From a virus (taxonomy: Duplodnaviria; Caudoviricetes), in the IMG/VR virus record IMGVR_UViG_3300030331_005246, positions 1 to 62,224 of that record: a stretch of 62,224 bases of DNA, one strand, 5' to 3'. The position numbers and the translations under genes are program-made. The notes below the pieces were generated by a model that saw nothing but the letters and a program-made list of their open reading frames with translations, did no database searches and was not told the DNA's origin. Positions 48,702 to 56,714 of this stretch are shown here, piece by piece (position 1 is the first letter of the stretch; every line of letters starts with the position of its first letter).

Positions 48702-51700
48702 TTAGTTTCTCCGTGAGCCACGACGACGGTCAGCTTGTGCCAGGGATCTGGACATCATTACATTAATATCATTCTCGCCCATTGAGCTGATTGGATCAAC
48801 CGGATCATCGAATTGACCTTGCAAGTAAGAGAGATTGCGCGTGGCTGGTTCGTTGTCTGGAACAGGATCGAAGCGAGCACCATAGGCTGCATTAGCTAGA
48901 TCATTATAAGGTCGCTTGGTATTCGCAATCGCTTGTGCATTAGCAGTCATATTGCCACCAAGATTGCTGAGGTAAGCAACACGCCTTTCGCTGGGAGGAG
49001 TCTCCATGGCTGCTCTGTAATCCACCATCTGAGCACCAGCTGTGCCAACATCTCGCCTGTTAATAGAAGAACCAAAAGATCGAATTTGAGATGGTCTACT
49101 TCTTGTTTGTTCAATGACTCGTTCTGAAATAGGTGAATAGGTGCGTTCGATTGTTTGATCAGGAATTACCGCAAACTTATTTGTCAGCCTTGGTGGCAGT
49201 TGATTTCCTGTATACCTTTCACGTGGTGCTGCACTATCGGATGTACTAAGAACTCGACCATATCTGACATTACGTTCTTTACCTGTGCTTGGATCAACAA
49301 CCTTTTTATCCTGCACCAGCCTGGCATCCAGCACAACCTGTGGTGCTGTGTTAATACGTGGTGTCATGAAGGCGACATTCCGCATATCGTCATAGTCATC
49401 ACCAATCGTCATTGGATCGATACCACCAACACCTCCGGTCTTGACTGCACTGGGAATTTCAAGTGCTTCACCCTGTGTCCTTGGCGTGAGCACCATGTCT
49501 GTTCCTTGTTTTTGATAGTCATAAATAATGTTGCCGTCTGCATCAAGCGCAGCTTTTGCGCCATACTTTCTTGTTTCTTTCGTTGTTCCTAACAAGTCGT
49601 TCAGGAATGTATGTGCAGCTGTGCTGTGATAACTACCAAATTTATTCTTTTGCGTTTCAAGGACAGGAATCTCTACGCCTTGCTGTAGCAGCTCATCGTA
49701 CAGTCTGCCAATGATGAAGTCATTGCGAGTTGCACCACTGCCGATTTCATTCAGTAGTTTGCCGCTAGCTACACCCTCTGCTAATTCACCAGGTCTGAAT
49801 TGTTCCAAGAAGTTTTTCTTCATGGAAGGGTTATTGCTGTAATCGTAGAGAGCATCATCGACAATCTTTTGAACTTTTCTGCGGCTCAATTGGAAATCAA
49901 CAAACGGTCTGTCCTCTAAGAATTGCAAGCTGGTGCTGCCATCAGGATTCTTCATGCGTGTAGCCATGCGTCCTTGCAAAGGCTCTGTGCCTTCAACAAC
50001 ATTTTTGCTGGACATCACATAAGGAACACCATCGATTGTTTCAATGCGTTCATCAACGTCCGCATCGAACCGACGCCTACGTTGAGCTGGTTGTTCTGTA
50101 ATATATTCACTTGCTTCTGGTGCGTCCATTTCAAAACCACCAGTCAGACGTGAGCCTTGAGTATTTAAATCATCAGAATAAAGTTTGCCATACTGCCTGT
50201 AGGCTTGTTGATCAAGTCTGGTTGCACCAGTAACAGGATCGACGTAAATACCACGGGCTGGGTCATAGTCTCCATCGGCCCTACGCACTGGAAGTTGTTG
50301 ATCTTCTGCGCGTTCCATCCGCACATACTGTGTATCAGCAGCTTGTTCAGGAACAGCACGACTCAGACTGACTCTGCCGCCTCTGGAGATCGGCCCACCA
50401 GTGGCTTCCATCACCATGCCTGGCACTTCTGTTGTGCCGGTATTGGTTCGCTCCCTGAATGTTTCGGTATCGACGATGCCGCCCACACCTTCTGCGCTGG
50501 CTAAACCTTCTGCGCCATAGGGATCAAAACTTTGTCCGGCAGCGCGGGCAACAAAAGGATTGCGGTCATCGACGATGTACATGTCATCACCGATTTGAAC
50601 TCTACGTGCCAGCATCTCGGTGTCGTTGTTGGCCAGGTCGCCACGGCCAAAGCTGGCTCTTGCACCTTCAGTGATTTCCTGCTGCATGTTGGTGCCAACA
50701 CGCCCACGGACTTCACGCAATGTCGAGCCCAGTAATGTCTGGACTTTGTCTTTGGGAACAGCTGGATCAAGCAGCTGTTGGCGCAGAACTTCTTCTTGAG
50801 CTGTATCGCCGAGTGATGCTGCTGCATTGATGCGATCAATCGCTTCATTCTTCATCTCAGCAACAAAGCCTGCAGGATCAGGACGCATACCACCAGGTGA
50901 ACGCCTGGCTCGTTCTGCTGTTTCCAGGTTGGTGTCAGTGAACATATTGCGGCGTGGACGCCCGCCGAGTAATGCTTTCTGCTCTGACTTGGAGAGTTCA
51001 CGCACGGTGCGGCCATCAGCTGTGGGCAGATCGCGGACATCACCTGTGAGCATGAAAGCAGAACTTGTGCCAGAGCTGCCTTGTGACAATGAACGTTGCA
51101 ACACCGGATCAGCCAGCTGCCGCTCAGAAAGACCACCGGACATGTCATCAGCCAGAGCGTCTTGCAACGTGGCTTTCTTGGGTCCGACATCACTGCCGGT
51201 GTAAGCAAAGTCCTGCATCATCCGTTGTTGACGCGGAGTCAAACCCCTGGCCATGTCAATGGCTGAATCGCTTTGAATTTCCACAACTGGATCAGACTTC
51301 TTAAGAAGATCGACCAGGGATGACACTGTGTTGTCAGCTAGACGCTGCGCTTTACGCACCGATGCTTGATTACCAACCTGGTTCGCTGGTGTGGAATCAG
51401 TAAAGGCATCAAAATTGAAACCAGACGCTGATTCAGCAACATCAACGGCTGCTTCGCCTAATGCGTAGGTTGGACGTGGATTACTTTGCAGAGAAGCGGC
51501 TTTTGCCTCTGCTCCTTTCTCTGCATTGTTAATAACAAAACTCTGAGAGGTTGGATTGACCGTACTGGGATTATTAACTTGATTCTGAACAATCGAGTCT
51601 GTGAATTCATTACTTGCTGCAGCTTGAGAGCGGTCAACGCGAACAGCATCAATATCAATGACTTGACTACCAGCATTGGCTGCTGCACTGCCAGCATTGG

Positions 51701-52034
51701 GTCCTCGACCTGGTTTTGGTCCTTGAGGCCCTGGTCTTGGACCGCTTGGCCCTTCCGAGGTGGGAGGCGAACCGCTTGCCTGCGGTTTCGTTCGGTTTTT
51801 AAACCCCTGCAGGCCGCGTCGACCCAGAAGAGCCGCACCACTGAGAACACCAAGTCCCAATAAGCCCGTACCAACGGCTTGAACCGGGTCAAAGTCTGAA
51901 TTTTGGTCCGCCTTCAGCTGGTTCTGGCGAAAATTCTGGACCATCGGGAATAATTCAGCCCGTTCTTCCGCTGATTGAGGGTATGGAGTGCCTGTTGCTC
52001 TGCTGTAGGCCGCATAATCTGCTGCAGTTACCAT
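48702..52034 (-). CDS. large hypothetical protein (1110 aa), putative internal virion protein
   Basis: First gene of the minus-strand block; one hydrophobic segment near the N-terminus. Confidence 0.7.
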   Translation of the reverse strand: MVTAADYAAYSRATGTPYPQSAEERAELFPMVQNFRQNQLKADQNSDFDPVQAVGTGLLGLGVLSGAALLGRRGLQGFKNRTKPQASGSPPTSEGPSGPRPGPQGPKPGRGPNAGSAAANAGSQVIDIDAVRVDRSQAAASNEFTDSIVQNQVNNPSTVNPTSQSFVINNAEKGAEAKAASLQSNPRPTYALGEAAVDVAESASGFNFDAFTDSTPANQVGNQASVRKAQRLADNTVSSLVDLLKKSDPVVEIQSDSAIDMARGLTPRQQRMMQDFAYTGSDVGPKKATLQDALADDMSGGLSERQLADPVLQRSLSQGSSGTSSAFMLTGDVRDLPTADGRTVRELSKSEQKALLGGRPRRNMFTDTNLETAERARRSPGGMRPDPAGFVAEMKNEAIDRINAAASLGDTAQEEVLRQQLLDPAVPKDKVQTLLGSTLREVRGRVGTNMQQEITEGARASFGRGDLANNDTEMLARRVQIGDDMYIVDDRNPFVARAAGQSFDPYGAEGLASAEGVGGIVDTETFRERTNTGTTEVPGMVMEATGGPISRGGRVSLSRAVPEQAADTQYVRMERAEDQQLPVRRADGDYDPARGIYVDPVTGATRLDQQAYRQYGKLYSDDLNTQGSRLTGGFEMDAPEASEYITEQPAQRRRRFDADVDERIETIDGVPYVMSSKNVVEGTEPLQGRMATRMKNPDGSTSLQFLEDRPFVDFQLSRRKVQKIVDDALYDYSNNPSMKKNFLEQFRPGELAEGVASGKLLNEIGSGATRNDFIIGRLYDELLQQGVEIPVLETQKNKFGSYHSTAAHTFLNDLLGTTKETRKYGAKAALDADGNIIYDYQKQGTDMVLTPRTQGEALEIPSAVKTGGVGGIDPMTIGDDYDDMRNVAFMTPRINTAPQVVLDARLVQDKKVVDPSTGKERNVRYGRVLSTSDSAAPRERYTGNQLPPRLTNKFAVIPDQTIERTYSPISERVIEQTRSRPSQIRSFGSSINRRDVGTAGAQMVDYRAAMETPPSERRVAYLSNLGGNMTANAQAIANTKRPYNDLANAAYGARFDPVPDNEPATRNLSYLQGQFDDPVDPISSMGENDINVMMSRSLAQADRRRGSRRN

Positions 52035-52131
52035 AATTCCTCTATTTATTGCAGATATTTTTAGATAATCTTATTTTACCGGTTAAAATTTCAAGAAATT
52101 AGACTATTAACCAGCTAGATTTCCAAAATCG

Positions 52132-52428
52132 ATGGCATTTGAAGACGATAAGGACCCAGTTGGTCCACCGATCGCCAATTTCAGTGATCGTGACTTTAAT
52201 AACGCAGAGCGTGGAATTAAATTGTTTGCGATTGCCGATGGTGCAGAGAAATTTGCAGCAGAGGGCCACAGTCCCTTAGAAGTTCAAACCTATATCAACG
52301 CAGCGAAGCGTGAATTAGCTGCACAAAATCCAGATACTGGATCAATGAACAAAGCGTTCCAGGTTGTGAATCGATATAAGGCTATGAAGGAAAAAGCAGG
52401 GCCAGGTGAGCCGATCTTCAATCCGTAA
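52132..52428 (+). CDS. hypothetical protein
   Basis: ORF track; divergent from the structural block. Confidence 0.6.
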   Translation: MAFEDDKDPVGPPIANFSDRDFNNAERGIKLFAIADGAEKFAAEGHSPLEVQTYINAAKRELAAQNPDTGSMNKAFQVVNRYKAMKEKAGPGEPIFNP

Positions 52429-52990
52429 GATGAAGTGAATTTGGGTTAATTGTTTGGGGTAGAAGGGAACTTTTACCTCAATTTGTGCTGAAAATTTTTA
52501 TTTTTATTTATAATTTTATATTTTTTTAATTATTAACTCATATATGTGAAAAAGGCTAAAAATTATCCGAGACATCTCACACACGTCATCCGACTGTGAT
52601 GCCGTATAGAAAAAAAGAAAGGGTGGGATAGGTGTTAATACCTACTGGGCGGGACGGCAGCCAGTCGAGCGATGACTGTGACAATTTGGCCAACTGACAC
52701 ACTAACTGGCACACTAAGTGTCACACTGTGACAGTTGCCGAACTGTCCCCAACACCCCTGCGAAACCCGCAGACAATCCCCTAACCGGCCACCAGCGCCC
52801 GTTAAACCCCTGCGAAACCCAGCCGAAATCCCTTCCGGCGCAATGGATCTCAGACTTTTTGCGCCCATTTGGGAAAGATTTCCGCGCTAATAATCGCCGC
52901 GTAAGACTGTTATCTACACGATCTAAATGATAATTAAGCGAGAAAGTTGATACGAATTCGTATTACTTTCCGCCGTTAATCATAGATCTA
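52429..52990. promoter_or_regulatory. non-coding control region (AT-rich tract, short repeats, long palindrome); candidate origin, genome end or early promoter
   Basis: AT-rich 52490-52560; AACTG(A/G)CACACT x2; ACCCCTGCGAAACCC x2; GAAAGT-TG-ATACGAATTCGTAT-T-ACTTTC at 52942-52970. Confidence 0.55.
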
Positions 52991-52992
52991 AT

Positions 52993-53037
52993 CGTCAAGC
53001 TGGACGTTAAACGTAGCGCCAAACTCTACTCAACTCA
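52993..53037 (+). ncRNA. degenerate family-B pseudoknot element (copy B0)
   Basis: CGTC-AAGCTG-GACG-TTAAAC-GTAGC followed by CTACTCAACTC, just before ATG 53040. Confidence 0.5.
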
Positions 53038-53039
53038 TC

Positions 53040-53264
53040 ATGGCTTACACCATCAGCACCAAGCAAGCTGTTTACGAATTCAACGTCGCTTTCATCGAAG
53101 ACAAAGTCTTTACGAAAGAGGACACTGCACCATATGCAGGTGTTGTTTACGTCACCAAGTGGATTCTTAAAGGCTCAGGTTGCAAAGACGCTCATGTCTC
53201 CACCAGCACTGACCTGACTTCCGCTTGTAAGTGGATCAAACAGCTCAAAGCTTCCAACAAGTAA
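53040..53264 (+). CDS. early hypothetical protein
   Basis: First gene of the cassette array. Confidence 0.7.
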   Translation: MAYTISTKQAVYEFNVAFIEDKVFTKEDTAPYAGVVYVTKWILKGSGCKDAHVSTSTDLTSACKWIKQLKASNK

Positions 53265-53335
53265 CCACAGGCGTGACGCTGGAGCCTCGAAGGCTCCGGT
53301 TACTTATTGCCTCCAGCAGAGATAGGCACTGCACA
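53259..53335 (+). ncRNA. family-A structured element, copy 1 (three-way junction plus pseudoknot)
   Basis: AAGTAA/TTACTT closing stem, CAC-AGGC-GTG, GCTGGAGCC-TCGAA-GGCTCCGGT; then TGCCT-CCA-GCAG-AGAT-AGGCA-CTGC. Confidence 0.75.
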
Positions 53336-53348
53336 ACAGGAGATTCCT

Positions 53349-53600
53349 GTGACATACGTCGAACGCTTATCCGATGATGAGCTATGGACCGCTGCACTCA
53401 CTCTCGATAGTGAAGGCAACTACGTGTTCGGAGCCGCAGGCAAATTTGTTCTATTGGATCTTGATAGTCATGTGATGTCTTATTACATCAACACTGAAGA
53501 TCCTCTGCCTGAAGACTTCTATCACCACCCCAGCGATGCTGACTACGAAAACAGCATCTACGACGCTCAACTCGCTTATGAAGTGAGTACATCCAGCTGA
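53349..53600 (+). CDS. early hypothetical protein
   Basis: GTG start after AGGAG; in frame with track ORF 53307. Confidence 0.65.
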   Translation: MTYVERLSDDELWTAALTLDSEGNYVFGAAGKFVLLDLDSHVMSYYINTEDPLPEDFYHHPSDADYENSIYDAQLAYEVSTSS

Positions 53601-53670
53601 CCACCAGCGTGATGCCGGGGCCTCGAAGGCCCTGGTCAGCTCTTGCCTCCTGTGGAGATAGGCACCACAT
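53596..53670 (+). ncRNA. family-A structured element, copy 2
   Basis: GCTGA/TCAGC, CAC-CAGC-GTG, GCCGGGGCC-TCGAA-GGCCCTGGT; pseudoknot stem 2 changed to GTGG/CCAC. Confidence 0.75.
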
Positions 53671-53687
53671 CAAACCAGAAACCAACC

Positions 53688-53876
53688 GTGATCAACCAAC
53701 GCACGTATTTCGGCTTCGTTGCTACATGCATCGCACTCGTCGGAATAGGCGGTTATGGCTCCGTCCAACTCCTCGACAAAGCCACCGCACACCAGTGCAG
53801 CACCCATGACTGGCCTGCTGAGAAGCATGCAATCCATGTCGAGTGGTGCGAGCACAACAACTACCCAACCAACTGA
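53688..53876 (+). CDS. early small membrane protein
   Basis: GTG start; TM segment YFGFVATCIALVGIGGY. Confidence 0.6.
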   Translation: MINQRTYFGFVATCIALVGIGGYGSVQLLDKATAHQCSTHDWPAEKHAIHVEWCEHNNYPTN

Positions 53877-53947
53877 TTCGTTCAAGCGAGTGACCAGGTG
53901 CAAACCCTGGTCCAGTTATTGCCTCCAGCAGAGATCGGCACTGCACA
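53871..53947 (+). ncRNA. family-A structured element, copy 3
   Basis: AACTG/CAGTT, TTCG-TTCAAG-CGAG, ACCAGG-TGCAAAC-CCTGGT; TGCC..GCAG..GGCA-CTGC. Confidence 0.75.
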
Positions 53948-53961
53948 ATTTGATTTACTTC

Positions 53962-54120
53962 ATGAAAGTCCTTTATGAAGCAGTAGCAATCACCTCGGAC
54001 TATCAAATGATCCGATTTGGACCTCCATTCAAGACAGAGGAAGACGTGTGGTACTGGCTGCACTTTGAATGTGATTGCTGCCCCGAACATCGTTCAATCG
54101 AAGTTCTTCCAGTCGTCTGA
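53962..54120 (+). CDS. early hypothetical protein (52 aa, MKVLYEAVAITSD...)
   Basis: ATG 15 nt after the element. Confidence 0.6.
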   Translation: MKVLYEAVAITSDYQMIRFGPPFKTEEDVWYWLHFECDCCPEHRSIEVLPVV

Positions 54121-54195
54121 CTGATTCGTACAAGCGAGTGACCAGGTGCAAACCCTGGTCCAGTCCTTGCCCACAGCGGAGATGGGCACCGCACA
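54119..54195 (+). ncRNA. family-A structured element, copy 4
   Basis: GACTG/CAGTC closing stem; pseudoknot TGCCCA/TGGGCA with GCGG/CCGC (double covariation). Confidence 0.75.
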
Positions 54196-54210
54196 CAACA
54201 GGAGAATCCT

Positions 54211-54393
54211 GTGACCACTACCACTCGCCCCGCACGTTCTGACTGGGACGCCATCCACGTTCCTACTCGTGAAGAGTGCGGCGAGATCGTCTTCTGTCAG
54301 ATCAAGAATCTGATGGAGGACGGTTACTCCCAAACTCTCACCCGAGAGCACGCAGCAGAGATTGCAAAGTATGCAATCAGGCTGCTCAGCTGA
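54211..54393 (+). CDS. early hypothetical protein
   Basis: GTG start after AGGAG. Confidence 0.65.
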   Translation: MTTTTRPARSDWDAIHVPTREECGEIVFCQIKNLMEDGYSQTLTREHAAEIAKYAIRLLS

Positions 54394-54465
54394 TCCGTCA
54401 ACGCGGTCATCCCCGGTGCAATGCCGGGGTCAGCTTTTGCCTCCAGCAGAGATAGGCACTGCACA
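54388..54465 (+). ncRNA. family-A structured element, copy 5
   Basis: AGCTGA/TCAGCT, CCG-TCAACG-CGG, CCCCGG-TGCAATG-CCGGGG; pseudoknot identical to copy 1. Confidence 0.75.
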
Positions 54466-54479
54466 TTGTATTGCACACT

Positions 54480-54683
54480 ATGAAATGTTTTTCACTTCCA
54501 GTTGTTATTCCAACAGCTGTATTTGTTGCAGCAACTGCTATAGCTGCAGCTATTCCTCAACCTGCATGTGCACAACAAGCACAATGCTGGAACGAAATGC
54601 ATTACTACCAGAAGACGTGGGGTGGCTGCATACCAGTCCAACGCTTTCCAAACGGAAAGACCTTGCATGTCTGTTGCCGCTGA
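54480..54683 (+). CDS. early small secreted or membrane Cys-rich protein
   Basis: Signal-like hydrophobic N-terminus; multiple Cys. Confidence 0.6.
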   Translation: MKCFSLPVVIPTAVFVAATAIAAAIPQPACAQQAQCWNEMHYYQKTWGGCIPVQRFPNGKTLHVCCR

Positions 54684-54707
54684 CCCACAATTCCATAGTT
54701 AACACAT

Positions 54708-54749
54708 AGTCCTGAGCATGACTCTAAACTGCTCACGACTCAACTCAAC
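54708..54749 (+). ncRNA. family-B pseudoknot element, copy B1
   Basis: AGTC-CTGAGCAT-GACT-CTAAAC-TGCTCA-CGACTCAACTCAAC. Confidence 0.8.
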
Positions 54750-54763
54750 CGTTAATCATTCCA

Positions 54764-54982
54764 ATGACTCAATCCCCAGCGAGTTACATCAGCGCCATTG
54801 CATTCGGTATTGCCATTGGCCTCATCGGTTGTGTAAGCGGTCAACGCTTACTCAACAACCACAACACTGTGCAATGCGCTAACAAGAATGCAACGCACAA
54901 GCTTGTTACTTACAGCTCATACCTTGGCGATGCCAAATATTGTATGAACAAGCGTGCTTTTCATTACGGTCCTGCTCACTAA
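54764..54982 (+). CDS. early small membrane protein
   Basis: TM segment ISAIAFGIAIGLIGC. Confidence 0.65.
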   Translation: MTQSPASYISAIAFGIAIGLIGCVSGQRLLNNHNTVQCANKNATHKLVTYSSYLGDAKYCMNKRAFHYGPAH

Positions 54983-54991
54983 TTCCTCACC

Positions 54992-55168
54992 ATGACACCA
55001 CTCAACCTTCGCAACAAGTTCAGAACAGCAACACATCTGACAGCATCCGGCTTGATGAAAGCCGGTGATGCCGTTGCTGACATGCAGATGCCAGATACAG
55101 AATCTTTTGTACTTGGCATCAAGAAAATCCGCCGTAACATAGCTCAGACCATTCAACCCAACGATTGA
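54992..55168 (+). CDS. early hypothetical protein (58 aa)
   Basis: Read manually: MTPLNLRNKFRTATHL... Confidence 0.55.
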   Translation: MTPLNLRNKFRTATHLTASGLMKAGDAVADMQMPDTESFVLGIKKIRRNIAQTIQPND

Positions 55169-55175
55169 ATCCTTT

Positions 55176-55406
55176 ATGCAAGAAAGTTACACTGAGCGTC
55201 ACCCAGACAACAACATCAGCATCGAACTACCGATGCATGAAACCATCACGACATACCTACCGAACGGTTATCGGTTTGTCGTGGAAAACACAGGTGATCA
55301 AATCATCACTCGTTATTACAATCCCAATGACGAGTGTACCCGTGAAATCACCTGTGACTATAGCGGCGAGGTCCGTTACATCAACTTTCCAACCAAATCA
55401 GTTTAA
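55176..55406 (+). CDS. early hypothetical protein
   Basis: ORF track. Confidence 0.6.
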   Translation: MQESYTERHPDNNISIELPMHETITTYLPNGYRFVVENTGDQIITRYYNPNDECTREITCDYSGEVRYINFPTKSV

Positions 55407-55432
55407 TTATTCCTTAATCTTTCCTATTTGTT

Positions 55433-55606
55433 ATGTCCCCGCTCAACGAAACCCAAAAGACCACTTTGCCACTTATCGCACTGTGTGCCGTCGCAACACC
55501 GTTCGTCGGCCCAGTAGCACTCCTTGGTGGTCTTGGCATGACTGCATACTACTGCGCCAAATCCAACAAGAACCAATCCGATGACTCAACACACCCTAAG
55601 AACTGA
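55433..55606 (+). CDS. early small membrane protein (57 aa)
   Basis: Read manually: MSPLNETQKTTLPLIALCAVATPFVGPVALLGGLGM... Confidence 0.5.
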   Translation: MSPLNETQKTTLPLIALCAVATPFVGPVALLGGLGMTAYYCAKSNKNQSDDSTHPKN

Positions 55607-55733
55607 GGCCACACATCAATGGGGCAACACTACATTTCGTGTTGGCAATCGTTTTTACAACGTTGACTCGCACAAATCACCAGGCCTACGTAACAAATTA
55701 GGCCGCGCACTCATGAAGTTACTACACCTTTAA
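55581..55733 (+). CDS. early hypothetical protein (50 aa)
   Basis: Read manually: MTQHTLRTEATHQWGNTTFRVG...; stop immediately precedes element B2. Confidence 0.5.
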   Translation: MTQHTLRTEATHQWGNTTFRVGNRFYNVDSHKSPGLRNKLGRALMKLLHL

Positions 55734-55738
55734 TTCAT

Positions 55739-55766
55739 AGTCCTGAGTATGACTTTAAACTGCTCA
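55739..55766 (+). ncRNA. family-B pseudoknot element, copy B2
   Basis: AGTC-CTGAGTAT-GACT-TTAAAC-TGCTCA (U-G wobble in stem 2), followed by an extra hairpin. Confidence 0.8.
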
Positions 55767-55834
55767 TGTCAACAGAACGGCATTTACTTAACGTATCCGT
55801 TCTGACTTGTTAACTCAACTTAACTCTACTTGTT

Positions 55835-56122
55835 ATGTCCGACCATGCACACCGCATCATGATGCGTCAGCTCAATGCTGACGACAACATGATACACGCA
55901 GACGAGCAGTATGTCCACCAGCAGATCCTTGCTGAGCATGCATACCATCAAGAACAGGCTATGCGAGAAGGCATGCCTGAACCTAGTGAGACTCAACGTT
56001 CAGTGAGTGATCGATGCTTTAGCAACTGGATTTCATTGCTAAGTAACACAGGATCACATCGATCTCGCTGGTCAGAAGACGATGGTGACCTGCTCGACTA
56101 TCGTTCGGAGGATGTGATATGA
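55835..56122 (+). CDS. early hypothetical protein
   Basis: ORF track. Confidence 0.65.
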   Translation: MSDHAHRIMMRQLNADDNMIHADEQYVHQQILAEHAYHQEQAMREGMPEPSETQRSVSDRCFSNWISLLSNTGSHRSRWSEDDGDLLDYRSEDVI

Positions 56123-56243
56123 GTGACATGAAACTCCGACTTCTCGATCACACCAGATACAACGTTGAATATGTGGAGGAAGACACCCTCACCATTGTCG
56201 TTGCCCTGGTCTCCTGCTTCATCACTATTCTTCTTGACTTGTT

Positions 56244-56708
56244 ATGGCCACCATCACAGAAACAATCTTCGAGTTCAGAGTCCCCAGTGAATACGAAGTT
56301 TACAACAAGGGACTCTTTAATTTCATCGAACGTTATCCCAGAACAGGCGCAGCTCGTTACTGGCTCGAACAATACAACTATCTCACAGAGTTCAACGGCA
56401 AAGAACCAACAGCAATTCACATCCACCTTGTCTGGCAAGTCTACGTCTCACCTGCAGAAGGTGGCTGTTGGGACGAACGGCGTGAGCCCATCTACAACCA
56501 CCACGACCACAAAGACGACCAGATCAAAGAGGTCTCAACCATCTGTGTCTACAACAAGAAACAATGCATCAGAGAATGCCTTGCCCTCACCCAACACCAT
56601 GACCTTGCTTATCAACCAAGAATCGACACCACAGCAGACAACGTCGCCGTCGACGTAACGCTTGACCATGGCTACTGTCAAGCCAAGTACCCTTCTCCTT
56701 ATTGTTAA
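56244..56708 (+). CDS. early hypothetical protein
   Basis: ORF track; SPAEGGCW motif. Confidence 0.65.
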   Translation: MATITETIFEFRVPSEYEVYNKGLFNFIERYPRTGAARYWLEQYNYLTEFNGKEPTAIHIHLVWQVYVSPAEGGCWDERREPIYNHHDHKDDQIKEVSTICVYNKKQCIRECLALTQHHDLAYQPRIDTTADNVAVDVTLDHGYCQAKYPSPYC

Positions 56709-56714
56709 TTCACC

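Noticed and set aside
48933-51892. Numerous short antisense or alternate-frame ORFs inside the 1110-aa gene and other long genes
   Set aside because: They are fully nested shadows of long ORFs with no independent evidence.
52635-52930. Track ORFs in the strand-switch region
   Set aside because: They are composed of regulatory-type repeats with atypical composition and are likely spurious.
53259-54465. Family-A elements as tRNA genes
   Set aside because: There is no anticodon arm, no 7-bp acceptor stem with CCA, and the T loops deviate from TTCRA; they are only elbow-like.
56119-56658. 179-aa Ser/Thr-rich ORF
   Set aside because: It is mostly a shadow frame of 56244..56708. Its ATGA-coupled N-terminal part could be real, but I cannot support the full length.
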